Assembly (NCBI GenBank): GCA_963815455.1
Contig: CAWFGO010000005.1
Location: 242,225 to 306,224 of the forward strand
DNA from: an uncultured Verrucomicrobiae bacterium
GTDB taxonomy: Bacteria; Verrucomicrobiota; Verrucomicrobiia; Chthoniobacterales; UBA10450
DNA: 64,000 nucleotides
Direction: 5' to 3'
This document shows positions 1 to 11,274 of the stretch, piece after piece. The translations under genes were made by a program, and so were the position numbers. Under the pieces are notes generated by a model. It did not search any database, was not told where the DNA came from, and worked only from the letters and a program-made list of their open reading frames with translations. Positions within the stretch are counted from its first letter, which is position 1, and each line of letters begins with the position of its first letter.

Positions 1-832
1 CCAGCGTAGCGTTGTCATACCACTTGTTAATCCAAATTCCCCGAAAACGCAGATCTTTGAAAATGAGCAAGCCAGTTGGAATTTTTAGCGGTTGGAGGCT
101 CATGGCGCCGAACGAGACCATTGTCGATCCTGGCGCGAGACAATTTGCCAAACGAAGAGCGCTGTCGCCGCCTACTGCATTCAATGCCAGGCGGATCGGT
201 GCCCCGCCGGTCGCCGTCTTCACTTCGTCGCGAAGATGTTCGCCATCGACCAGGACCACATTGCCGCCTTCAGCACGCAATTCATCGATCAATTCGGCGC
301 GGCGCACGACGTTCACCGTTTTATAACCGAGGGCATGAGCGATTTGGATCACGGCTCGGCCTGCGGCGGAGTTCGCCGCATTTTGGATCAACCAGTCGCC
401 GCGTTTTAGATCGACATAATCGTGCAACAATCGCCAGGCAGTCATCGGGTTGATCTTTAACATCGCTGCCTGGACCGGCTCGATCCCATCCGGAACCACG
501 ATCAATTCATCGGCCTTCACCGCGACCGCGTCTCGCCACGTGCCGAGATTATGCGGCAAAATCACCAGCGCGCCCAGCGGCAGGTGTTTCACGCCCGACC
601 CAAGATCGACAACGGTTCCTGCGCCTTCGAATCCGGGAATCGCGGGGACTTCTTTGCGTCCGGGATATTTTCCTTCGATCGCGTTCAGATCGGCCGGATT
701 GATCGGCGCCGCTCGCATTTGCACCACCGCTTCGTTCGGCCCGGCCTCTGGCCAGGCCTGCTGTTCGACGCGCAAAACATCCGCCGGATTTCCGTGCGTT
801 GCATAAACGACTGCGTTAATACTCTTTTTCAA
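1..832 (-). CDS. 2-enoyl thioester reductase (MDR family, ETR1/MECR-like), partial, runs off window start
   Basis: Manual translation of minus strand (not in ORF track): KKSINAVVYATHGNPADVL...AAPINPADLNAIEGKY...INPMTAWRLL...IQNAANSAAGRAVIQ; probable TTG start at 832. Confidence 0.8.
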   Translation of the reverse strand, partial: MKKSINAVVYATHGNPADVLRVEQQAWPEAGPNEAVVQMRAAPINPADLNAIEGKYPGRKEVPAIPGFEGAGTVVDLGSGVKHLPLGALVILPHNLGTWRDAVAVKADELIVVPDGIEPVQAAMLKINPMTAWRLLHDYVDLKRGDWLIQNAANSAAGRAVIQIAHALGYKTVNVVRRAELIDELRAEGGNVVLVDGEHLRDEVKTATGGAPIRLALNAVGGDSALRLANCLAPGSTMVSFGAMSLQPLKIPTGLLIFKDLRFRGIWINKWYDNATL

Positions 833-835
833 TCA

Positions 836-1745
836 ATGCCTCTCGCGCTGCATCCTACATCGAACGTTCCGGCCAGCAATCTGCAAACCGGCGCGCGCGT
901 CGCATTGCTCGGTCTGGTCATTAACGTGGTCCTGGCCAGCGCCAAGATTGTCGCGGGCATTCTCGGCAACGCCTACGTTTTGATCGCCGACGGGATCGAG
1001 TCCGCGCTGGACGTGGGCGGCTCGATCGTGATCTGGGGCGGATTGAAAGTCGCCGCGCGTCCGCCAGACGAGACGCATCCTTATGGCCACGGCAAAGCCG
1101 AGCCGGTCGCGGCCGCGATCGTGGCGGTGGGCGTGCTGGCCGCTGCGCTCGGTCTGGCCATCGAAAGCGTGCACGAAATTTTTCTGCCACACCATGAGCC
1201 TGCGCCGTTTACACTCGCTGTCCTCGATCGTCGCGGTTGTGGTGAAGGAATTGCTTTATCGCTACGTGGTTCGATTTGGGCGCGACGTCGAAAGCACTGC
1301 CGTGCAAACAGACGCGTGGCATCATCGCACCGATGCGATGACCTCCATCGCCGCGTTCATCGGTATTTCGATTGCCCTGATTGGCGGCGAAAGGTGGCAG
1401 GATGCGGACAATTGGGCCGCGCTCTTCGCCTGCGCATTAATCGGCGCAAATGGCTACCGTCTTCTTTCGCCGGCGCTGCACGAGATCATGGACACCGCTC
1501 CGCGCGGCCGGATTGTCGATTCCGTGCAAACCGCAGCGCGATCTGTTTCCGGCGTTGTCCAAGTGGAGAAATGTTTCATTCGCAAAATGGGATTGAGTTT
1601 CTATGTCGATCTTCACGTCGGCGTGAACGGCAGCATTTCCGTGCGCGAAGGTCATCGCATCGCGCACGAAGTGAAACGTGCCATTCAGGAGACCGATCAA
1701 CGCATTGCGGATGTGCTGGTGCACATCGAGCCAGCTACGCAGTAG
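836..1745 (+). CDS. Cation diffusion facilitator (FieF-like) transporter, one frameshift near 1227
   Basis: LIADGIES, PPDETHPYGHGKAE, DAWHHRTD and DVLVHIEP motifs split over ORFs 551..1984 and 1083..1745. Confidence 0.85.
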
Positions 1746-1819
1746 CTTTCTGGGGAGCGCACTGCCTGCCCGCCCGCGAGCGGGCGCCTCGCGTGCCGAT
1801 TCCGGCGCCCTCGCCGGAA

Positions 1820-2542
1820 TCATTCGATGGCACGGACAACCTCGACAAGCGCGTCCGCCAGAGTTGCTTTCGCCCGCGAGATTGTCTTTGCGAACCGGAC
1901 CAGGCGAGGAATGCGATTTGGCTTGGTGAGAAAAAACGCGGCCAGCTTCATCATGCTGGTTCGTTGGTTCGCGATACTAAATAGAACATCGGGCGGCGCC
2001 GGAAACGGCTCTGCGGGTGTGTCGCTGATCACCCGCAGAGAAAGCAGCGGTAACCCATGCTCGGCGCAGGCCCGCGCGATGAATTCGGTTTCCATATCGA
2101 CTGCAGCCGCGCCCGTTTCCTTCGCAAGCCGTTCTCGCTCTTCCGGCGTAGCGATCATCTTCGGCGCGGTGACAAGATCGACAACGTGCGGCGCAACACT
2201 TCGCAGGGCGGGACCAAGTTCGAGTGTCGAGTAGTTTTTCGCGATTACGAGATCGCCCACGATCAGCTGGTCGGTAAGTCCGCCGGCAAAACCGGCGCTG
2301 ATCAAGTAATCGAATTGCTCGCCACGGCGAATCCGTCCTGCGGCGGATCGATCTTGGAGAAAAAGCGCGATTCGTTGCCGGCAGATGCTTTCTCCGACGC
2401 CGGTGTGAAGAAGCTCGATCGAGTGATTGTCGATCTTCCCACTGATCGTGCGAATCCCGTTTCGATCGTGATGAGTTATCTCCTTGAGAAAACGCCGAAA
2501 GCGCGAGCTTTCCGCCGGTAACGCAAAGGCAACCGCGATCAT
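1820..2542 (-). CDS. Nucleoside phosphorylase/MTA nucleosidase family protein (HpnG-like)
   Basis: N-terminal IAVAFALPAE; ISAGFAGG, AVDMET and LRVISD motifs of the PNP_UDP_1 family. Confidence 0.8.
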   Translation of the reverse strand: MIAVAFALPAESSRFRRFLKEITHHDRNGIRTISGKIDNHSIELLHTGVGESICRQRIALFLQDRSAAGRIRRGEQFDYLISAGFAGGLTDQLIVGDLVIAKNYSTLELGPALRSVAPHVVDLVTAPKMIATPEERERLAKETGAAAVDMETEFIARACAEHGLPLLSLRVISDTPAEPFPAPPDVLFSIANQRTSMMKLAAFFLTKPNRIPRLVRFAKTISRAKATLADALVEVVRAIE

Positions 2543-2550
2543 TCTTATAT

Positions 2551-2610
2551 TGTAGCGGCGGTCTCCGACCGTCGCATCATCTGTCCGACGCTCAGAGAGC
2601 GCCGCTACAG
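2551..2610. repeat. GTAG-type REP doublet (intergenic copy)
   Basis: TGTAGCGGCGGTCTCCGACCG ... CGACGCTCAGAGAGCGCCGCTACAG; both arms recur identically at 29406-29467, half copy at 28422-28445. Confidence 0.85.
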
Positions 2611-2627
2611 AGTAAAAGTAAGCGCCC

Positions 2628-3314
2628 TCACTTCGGTGTTGCGACAGCTTGTTCCACGACCTTAATAACGAAGCTCTTTCTCTCCGCTGCTAATGCGGCC
2701 GATTCATTCGGCGACGATGCGGCCGGTATACCGCCAGAAATTACCGAGAGTGAAGCGCGAAATTCTCCTTCGCGATTCGCCGGAACATCGACAAGGACAC
2801 TGACATGATGTTGATCCGGAATTCCTTTCGTGGCTGAGCCGCCAAGCCGTTCTGCGGCGGCGGCAATCTCATCGGCCACCGAATCGAGCCGTCCGGGAGC
2901 AGCCGAAATGCTGACTTCACTCACGTCCAGGGTCGGTGCCGGAGGCAGCGCAGACGCCGCGGCTTGTTCCAGCGATTTGGTGATTTGATCGCGAGTTTGT
3001 TGTTCGAGCAATTTCCGATTCGGGTTCTTGCCTCGCTGATGGGCAATGATCCAAAGACCCGCGCCAACATTGATGGCCATGAGAATGATAAATGCGACGC
3101 CGACCCGCCACGCCATTTTCCGGCCGCGTGCTGTAACCGCGGCATTGGGCAATAGCACTTCACGGGACTCGCCTTCCATGCCGGCATGAATCCGGCGGGC
3201 GACAGCCAGCTCACGCTGCAATTGCGGATCCGAGATCAGACGCGCCTCGAAATCGGCCCGTTCGCTGGCCGACAATTTTCCGTCGAGATAATTGAAAAGT
3301 TTATCGGGATTCAT
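2628..3314 (-). CDS. Hypothetical membrane protein, anti-sigma-factor-like N-terminus
   Basis: MNPDKLFNYLDGKLSASERADFEARL (YLDG-x-L motif) then one TM helix. Confidence 0.55.
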   Translation of the reverse strand: MNPDKLFNYLDGKLSASERADFEARLISDPQLQRELAVARRIHAGMEGESREVLLPNAAVTARGRKMAWRVGVAFIILMAINVGAGLWIIAHQRGKNPNRKLLEQQTRDQITKSLEQAAASALPPAPTLDVSEVSISAAPGRLDSVADEIAAAAERLGGSATKGIPDQHHVSVLVDVPANREGEFRASLSVISGGIPAASSPNESAALAAERKSFVIKVVEQAVATPK

Positions 3315-3569
3315 TTTGCGCAGGCACAGCGTGACGCGAGACTCGCTTGGGCGCAATGGGCAATCTGGGCTGTCAGAAAAGCCGGGCTCAAATGTCCATC
3401 CCGGAATTCACAAAAAAAGCTTGCGTTGGCGCAAGATGCCGCCGCAAAATCGCGTTCATGACCGGCTACCCGTCCCCTACGGGCTCGCCGCGCGGCGAGT
3501 CGCGGCCCCCAAATGCATTTTTGGGAATTTCGCCCGCCAAATTCTGGAGGAGAACAGTGAAAGGATTCT

Positions 3570-6500
3570 TATGAGAAATCTCGTCCGTTTTACGTGGCTG
3601 GCCGCCCTTGCCGGCCTTTTCCTGATGGCCGCCACCCCGCGCCAGTTGCTGGCCCAAGGCGAGACGAACCCAACCGGAGTTTCTGGAATTTTTAATGGCA
3701 ATACTGCGACTGCGGATTCGGTGAGCACATATGATTGTTGGACTGGGAATTTTATGCGCGGCCCCATCGATGACGTTGTTGTGCCTGGCACAGTTGGTGC
3801 CTATCCCCTGAAGTTTAGCCGAACCTACAATAGCCAAGGGTTAGCAGGTTGGGCGCAAGACACATTGGTTTCCGGTGCTCTGGGAAACTCGATGGGGCAA
3901 TACTGGCGGCATTCGTACTCCCTTACCGTGGGAGACTGGGGAGGGGGGCCACCGACAGACTGGCACGAAGGTGAAGGGTTCGTTTTCCCAGACGGCCGCG
4001 TGATCTCCGCTGATCCCACTTCTAACTTTCCTCCGATCGAGGAACGATTCGACGATGCAACGCACAATTGGGTGATGGCTGATGGCGGGAAAGTTCATCT
4101 CGGTTACAGCTGGGGATTTGCTGGGGCCTCCGGCATATCCGCCGACAGCATAATCGATCCTTATGGCCAGGTGACAACAATCGAGCATGATCCTCCATGC
4201 CAGAACTGCTCGGCCCGAAACCGGATCAAGAAAGTCACAGATGTGGGGAGCGGGAAGTATTTGGAGTTTACTTACTACGACCTTCCGGGTGAGCCGGACA
4301 GTCTCGGTCTGATCCAGAAGGTGGAGGCACACGACAGTAATGGCGACTCAATGGGGATATCGGCCGAGGTACAGCTATGTAAAGCACGATAACCGCTGGT
4401 ACCTGACCGGGGTGGACTACAGCGATGGAACACATGCTCTTTACACCTGGGATTTCGGTGCAAATCCAGTGTACATGAAGAGCGCAGACGATTCGCATTA
4501 CTCTGGCGCCATGCGTCACATCGAGTATGGCAGCCACAACCACATTAATGGCGAATGGAAACAATGGACCTCAAACAACAATTCAACTCTGGTTTCAGGC
4601 CTCGACACAAACTTCGAGAACGATGGAAACGGGAATTATGTGCGCACCGAGAAGCGCGGCGATGACGCGACGCGCTCCTTTACATACAAGAAGGACATTG
4701 TAGAAGGCTGCTCTGACCCTCCCGAAGGCCAGCCCCACCCCAACCATTGCCTGGGACCTTTTTTTGGCTATTTGCTGAAATACACGGACTTCAACGGCAA
4801 GCTGACAACGATCGAATATTACGACAGTCAGTATATCAGAGCCGTAACCGACGCGAATGGCAATGTTACTGAATACGTCCGGAATTATACCGGGCAGAAC
4901 GGATCATGGGCGATTACCAAGATCATCTACCATCCTCCTGAGCATGCTAACCTTGCAACGTGTGGCGGCAACTCTAACCCATGCAACGACCCCTTCATCG
5001 AACAGTCGTTTACCCCCGATCCGGGCACGACGGACCACCACAAATATCCCTACTACCTGGCCAGCCGAACAGCGCTAAGAAAGCCGGGCGACGCGGCGCA
5101 CACGACATCGTTTACCCGAAACCCTGCGACCGCGCCCAATCCGAATGCCGTTATCAGGATCGATTATCCAGACGGCGGGTCCGAGACATTTACATACAAC
5201 GCGAAGGGACAGGTCCTAACCCATCGCCTGAAGAACAGTGCCTACGAACATTTCGAGTATGACTCAAACTGGCGATTAATTAACAAGTGGAATCCTACCT
5301 GGAGCAGCACGCCTTTGCCGAATGATCCTAAAGTTAGTTACACTTATTACGGACCCAATGATCATCCGGCGTGGAGTGAGAGAGTAAAAACTGAAACGCT
5401 GCCTGCCAACGGTTCCGGCTTCCAGGCGTCGAATACGTACGAGTATGATCGCGAATTCGTAACTGAACCTGAGTTTGGATTCCCGACAAACAGCGGGAAT
5501 GAACGCGCCGGTCGTGGATTGGTGACCAAGATTACGCATGCCGATGGGACCTTTCAGCAATTCCGGCACAACAGTTTCGGTGACAAGATTTGGGAGAAAA
5601 ATGAAATGGGTCAGCGCACCGTTTACACCTACGACGAATACGGCCGGGTCACCAACGTCAAGGACCCGCTAGATAATCTAGCCACGAGTAGCTATGTGAA
5701 GTGGGGGCAGACGAGTAGCTACGTTACGACATCTTCATTGCCGTTTGTCACCACGCTGCCGAGCGGCAAACAGACCTATTTTTATTACGACGCGAATTGG
5801 AGAAAAGATCACGTCACCCAGGCGCCCAATACGGCGGACGCAGCCACGACCTGGTTTACCTATGACGATGTCGGCAATCTAGAGACGCAGACAAATCCGC
5901 GCGGGAAAATCACGACCTATTTCTACGATTGGCTCAATCGCGTGACCGATGTCGATGATCCAATGGTCAATGCGTCGCCGGTGGCACACCAGAACAGCCG
6001 GGGCCACACGATCAGCTACGATTATTACGGGACCGGCATGAAGGAACGCGAGATTCGGGCCAACGATCAGGAGATCCACTACGACCAATACGATTCGATG
6101 AATAGGCTCTTGCAGGTCACGACGCACCGCGACGCTACCTACGCCGATGTTCGGAGTATGACCTATGATTGGGCGGGCAACATTCGCACCCGCACGGATG
6201 AACGCGGCAACGTGTATACGTATGGGTATGACGAGGCGAACCGCAAGGTAATGCTCTTGTATCCACGAGTCGGGCAGCATGGACTAGCCGTCTATGAAGA
6301 GTGGTCTTACGACGCTGCGGGAAATGTCCGAACGTCCAAGACTCGGGCGAACCAGGTCGCGACGTTCGGTTACGACAACCGGAATCGCCAGACTAGCGCG
6401 ACCTGGAGCGATATACCCCCGCAGTGAACAGGACATACGACCCTGCCGGCCGAGTGCTCAGTGAAATCAGCAGTGTCAGCTGTATCAGCGACACCTACGA

Positions 6501-8392
6501 TGCCGCCGGGCGTCTCACCAGCGAAACCCAGCAAATATTGCCCAATTACAAACCGGTTTCGGTAATTTATCATTACGATGAGACTGCCGGGAGCGCGGGA
6601 AGAGATGGGCTGCGGACGGGCGTCGATTATCCTTACGGCGGCACTGTCGCTTACGGCTACACATTTCGAAATCAGATCCAAAGCATCGGCTTTGGCGGCG
6701 CGACAGGGAATTATGAATACGACGCGAACGGCAATGAGGGAACCCGAACTTTGGGCAATGGCGCGAGCGAGAGTTGCACCTACAATGATGTCGACCGACT
6801 GACCCTGCTCAATCATGTGAGGAGCAGCACGAGTTTTTCGCGCTTCGATTACACGCACAACAAGGTGAGCGATTGCCTCACCCGGACGGAGACAGCCGCC
6901 GGTGTGGCGAAGCTGGATAAATTTGCTTACGATTTGGATGATCAGGTAACCGAAGCGCGCTACAATTTCGATGAGCAGCACAGCACGCAGGACCGGATTT
7001 GCAATTATGATTACGACGCGACCGGGAACCGGAGCACGATGACCGACAACGGTACGCCGACCAATTACGCGGTGAACGAATTGAACCAATATACGGCGGC
7101 CGGGACCGGCGCGATGGATTACGATGGGAACGGGAATCTCACCAGCCAGGGAGTATGGACATACGTTTACGACGCCCAGAACCGGCTGGTCAGCGCGATC
7201 AGTCCGAGTAGCCGGATCGATTTCGTTTACGATGCGCGGAACCGATGCGTGAGCCGGACGACATCGATGGGATTGATACAGGGGCCGGTGTCGCTTTTCT
7301 ATTACGACGGCTGGGAATTGATCGAAGAACGCGATGCCGGTAACACTCTGGTTGCACAATATGTGCACGGGGCGCGCGAGGACGAGATGATCGCCAAGAT
7401 CGACAGTTACGGCACGGTCTATTATCACACCGATGCCGAAGGCAGCGTCGTGGCATTGACCAATTCGAGCGGAAACGTGGTTGAGCGCTACAAGTATGAC
7501 GCCTTCGGCAAACCGAGCTTCCTCGACTCAACCTCTCAACCCATCAACGGCTCAACCGTCGGCAACCGCTTCTTGTTCACCGGCCGGGAATGGATGGTCG
7601 ATCTCGAGCTCTACGATTACCGCAACCGCGCGTATTCACCTGAGTTCGGCCGTTTTCTCCAGAGTGATCCCAAGAGCTTCGACGCCGATCCGAGTAATCT
7701 CTATCGCTATTGCGGCAACGAGCCCCTGGATCGAACCGACCCGATGGGCTTGGCGCCGGTGGAGCAGCAGGAGAAAAAAGATCGAGACGCAAACGAAGTC
7801 GGACGACTCCGAACCCAGCCTTAGCTACGCCGGCGCATTAAGTCGTGGCGTGCATCAAATTTGGAATACGGCGCATCATGTTGGAATTACAATGGCCCAC
7901 ACAAGTAACGAAGCACATCCAAATAGAAAATCACCTGAAGGGTTCTGGCACGATACTCCTGGGCCAGACGGCTTGGTGCCGTTGAGTGCTGAAATGAAGC
8001 GCCTGATGATATCGGGTTTACGAACAAATGAAGGCGAAAGTGGAAGCGAAATAAATAAGGCAGTTTGGGTTGATCCCAAAACGAAAAGCCTCACGCCATC
8101 CACTACGACAACAGGCTCAAAGTCGTTTCAAGGCGGGCAACAAGGCTTTCCCCCAATTCCGCCAAAGGGTTCAGGGCTGCTTATCGGCGCTGATATGCAC
8201 AGCCACACGTACCCTCCGGGTCGCCTGACAGGAAACGAAGGGCCCGGTGGGCACGACTTTCGCTTTGGAAATGCGGCGTTAGTTCCTGTTGGCGTCAGAT
8301 CACCTGGTGGTGCGATCTTTATCTATCGAGCGTATGTCAACGCAAACTGGAAATCGAGTAATAAGTATGGCGTGCTTGAGGGGCCCTATTAG
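3570..8392 (+). CDS. RHS/YD-repeat polymorphic toxin with signal peptide and JAB-like C-terminal tip; frameshifts near 4369, 6415 and 7775
   Basis: ORFs 3292..4392, 4340..6427, 6424..7824 and 7481..8392 join into one protein: signal peptide MRNLVRF...LLAQ, many YD repeats, RHS core (RFLFTGRE...YRNRAYSPEFGRFLQSDP...NLYRYCGNEP...DPMGL), variable tip. Confidence 0.85.
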
Positions 8393-8424
8393 ACATTATC
8401 CATTAACTACGTAAACGACCCTGT

Positions 8425-8958
8425 ATGATGGACAAACAAGTGGTTCCCAGAGTCAAAATTCCAAGATCGAGGTTCTTTCTCCGCACAGTCCTCGCCCTTG
8501 CGCTCCTTGGCACTGCAAAAATTGTGGTGACAAGTGCTGAAACCCCGCCTAGTTCGAAAGTCGTTTCATTCAAGGAGCTTTTGGGTCATCCGAAGCGATA
8601 TAATGGCAAGCGTCTCTCAGTGCGCGCGTACTTGGTCACGTCCTGCATGCATTGCCGTGAGTTATGGGTAACTGTCGGTGCGGCTAGGGACCCTCACCAG
8701 CATTCCAACACTGTGCGCAACACTATTGCATTCGGAGATTTCGCGTCTAATGGACATTTACCTCAACAGCTTGTGCGAAAGATACAGAATGGCCAATACG
8801 ATGGCTACGTTGAGGTTACTGGCATCTTCCGATATGTCCGCGAAACGGAGAACAACCCTTTTACAGGCTTTGGTTGGCGTGGTCTGGCAGATAAGGAAAT
8901 AACTGACATTACCGAGCTAAAACCTATGAGACCGCCAATCCCTGCTGGAATCAAGTGA
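8425..8958 (+). CDS. Candidate immunity protein 1 (exported, OB-fold-like, CxxC)
   Basis: Immediately follows RHS tip; N-terminal hydrophobic signal; VSFKELLGHPKRYNGKRLSVRAY; CMHC. Confidence 0.6.
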   Translation: MMDKQVVPRVKIPRSRFFLRTVLALALLGTAKIVVTSAETPPSSKVVSFKELLGHPKRYNGKRLSVRAYLVTSCMHCRELWVTVGAARDPHQHSNTVRNTIAFGDFASNGHLPQQLVRKIQNGQYDGYVEVTGIFRYVRETENNPFTGFGWRGLADKEITDITELKPMRPPIPAGIK

Positions 8959-9053
8959 TTTTCCGGAGCAAGGGCAGGGGCAAAACGGGTCATGTTAGGG
9001 TTGCATTGATTTGACGGACAGTGGGCTAAGGGTCAAAAACCCGAGGAACCCAC

Positions 9054-9402
9054 ATGAAGACGCAGTTAAGGAAGACGGCTCGCGAGAGGGCGAGCTACAC
9101 CGAAGAGATACAAGCAGGAGGCGCTGGAGCTATGGCGGTCCAGCGGCCGCAGTGCAGCGAAGGTAGCAGCGGAGCTGGGCATTCGTCCTCCGTTGCTCTA
9201 TCGCTGGGCGCATTTGGAACGCACATCGAGCGTTTCGAAAAGCGAGTCGAAGTCGAAGCGCAGCGTGGAAGCGCTCGAAGCGGAGATCCGGCGCTTGCGC
9301 GCGGAGAACGCCAAGCTTTTAGAGCAGCGTGAAGTCTTAAAAAAATCTCTGGGCATCCTCTCCGAAGTGCCGCCCAGAGGTATGCCCGAATCGAGCAGAT
9401 GA
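9054..9402 (+). CDS. IS3 OrfA (HTH), one extra base near 9108
   Basis: YTEE/YKQEALELWRSSGRSAAKVAAELGIRPPLLYRW...EIRRLRAENAKLLEQREVLKKS; A7 slippery run at 9339-9345. Confidence 0.85.
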
Positions 9403-10244
9403 GCGGCCAACACAAAGTCGCCTGGTTATGTGAGGCGTTGCTGGTCTCACGCAGCGGTTACTACGACTGGATTAGACGGCGCACCACTCCAGGACCGCGG
9501 CAACAACAGAACACGTTGCTACGCCAGCGCATCCGTGAAGAGTTCACTCGTAGTCGTCAAACCTACGGCAGTCCGCGCCTGGCCCAGGTCCTGGGATGCC
9601 CGGGTCGACGCAATCGTATCGCCCGTCTCATGCGGGCAGAGCGTCTCTTCGCGCGACAACGCTCCAAGTATCGAGTAGCCACCACCGACAGCCGCCATGG
9701 CGGACCCATTGCGCCTAACCGGTTTAAACACCTCATCGTCAAACGGCCCAACCAAGTTTGGACGACCGACGCGACCTGCGTTCTCACCGGCCAAGGATGG
9801 TTGTATCTTGTCGCCGTGCTGGATGTCTTTACCCGGCGCGTGATCGGCTGGGCCATGCATCAAATCCTCGATGCTCAGTTGGTCATCACCGCTCTGCGCA
9901 TGGCTTTGAACCAGCGTCAGCCAACTACACAACTCATCCTCCACTCCGATCGCGGTCGCCAGTTCGCCAGCGCTGCTTATCGCCAAGTGCTCGCTCAGCA
10001 CCGCCTAACCGCTTCGATGAGTCGCAAAGGCAACTGCTACGACAACGCCCACATCGAGTCCTTCTGGAGCACTCTCAAATACGAACTGGTCTATCACCAC
10101 CGCTTCAGCAGCTACGCTCAAGCTCGTACTGCAATCTTCGACTACATCGAAACCTTCTATAACCGCGTCCGGCTGCACTCCAGTCTTGACTACCAAAGCC
10201 CTATCAACTTTGAATCCAAACTAAACCAAATTACCCTTACCTAA
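9399..10244 (+). CDS. IS3 OrfB DDE transposase (integrase core)
   Basis: WTTD...HSDRG...DNAHIESFWSTLKYE...YNRVRLHSSL; ATGA overlap with orfA. Confidence 0.93.
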   Translation: MSGQHKVAWLCEALLVSRSGYYDWIRRRTTPGPRQQQNTLLRQRIREEFTRSRQTYGSPRLAQVLGCPGRRNRIARLMRAERLFARQRSKYRVATTDSRHGGPIAPNRFKHLIVKRPNQVWTTDATCVLTGQGWLYLVAVLDVFTRRVIGWAMHQILDAQLVITALRMALNQRQPTTQLILHSDRGRQFASAAYRQVLAQHRLTASMSRKGNCYDNAHIESFWSTLKYELVYHHRFSSYAQARTAIFDYIETFYNRVRLHSSLDYQSPINFESKLNQITLT

Positions 10245-10332
10245 CTGTCCGAGAAATCAGGGCAAGCCCATGTCTTTATTCTTGTCATGAATGCATTGGC
10301 TAACGAATACAAACGATTCGGTTTAGAATTTT

Positions 10333-11274
10333 AATCACGTCAAAAACAGCACAAGTTTTTCCCGGTTCGATTACACGCATAATCGGGTGAACGGTTGCCT
10401 CACCCGGACGGAAACGAACCCCACCGCGGCTGTGTTGGACAAATTTGAGTATGATCTGGACGATCAGGTAACCGAAGCGCGCTACAATTTCGATGAGCAG
10501 CACAGCACGCAGGACCGGATTTGCAATTATGATTACGACGCGACCGGGAACCGGAGCACGGTGACCGACAACGGTACGCCGACCAATTACGCGGTGAACG
10601 AATTGAACCAATATACGGCGGCCGGGACCGGCTCGATGGATTACGATGGGAACGGGAATCTCACCCACCAGGGAGTATGGATGTACGTTTACGACGCCCA
10701 GAACCGGCTGGTCAGCGCGATCAGTCCGAGTAGCCGGATCGATTTCGTTTACGATGCGCGGAACCGATGTGTGAGCCGGACGACGTCGATGGGATTGATC
10801 CAGGGGCCGGTGTCGCTTTTCTACTACGATGGCTGGGAATTGATCGAAGAACGCGATGGCAGTAACACGCTGGTTGCACAATATGTGCACGGCGCGCGGG
10901 AGGACGAAATGATCGCCAAGATCGACAGCTACGGCACGGTCTATTATCACACCGATGCCGAAGGCAGCGTGGTCGCGCTGACTGACACGAACGGCAATGT
11001 GATCGAGCGCTACAAATACGACATCTTCGGCAAGCCGACCATTCTTGACCCGTCACTCGTCCCTCGTCCCTCGTCACTGTTTGGTAATCGCTTCTTGTTC
11101 ACCGGAAGAGAATGGTTGCCCGACCTGGACCTCTACGATTACCGCAACCGCGCGTATTCACCCGAGTTCGGCCGTTTCCTCCAGAGTGATCCCAAGAGCT
11201 TCGACGCCGATCCGACTAATCTCTATCGCTACTGTGGCAATGAACCATTGGATCGAACCGACCCGATGGGATTG
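10333..11274 (+). repeat. ~0.9-kb direct repeat of RHS core 6811-7752
   Basis: Long identical stretches (e.g. GATCAGGTAACCGAAGCGCGCTACAATTTCGATGAGCAGCACAGCACG) ending at the DPMGL codons. Confidence 0.9.

Larger units (their letters stand above)
8996..10270 (+). mobile_element. IS3-family insertion sequence (1275 bp)
   Basis: IRL TAGGGTTGCATTGATTTGACGGACAGT vs reverse complement of right end TGGGCTTGCCCTGATTTCTCGGACAGT (21/27); 3-bp target duplication TGT at 8993-8995 and 10271-10273; orfA/orfB. Confidence 0.92.

Noticed and set aside
3440..3560. Hairpins upstream of the RHS gene as a riboswitch
   Set aside because: GC-rich stems are present but I recognise no conserved riboswitch motif.
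6811..11274. RHS duplicate as a DGR template/variable repeat pair
   Set aside because: No reverse transcriptase; differences are largely synonymous and not adenine-specific; fits ordinary orphan-RHS architecture.
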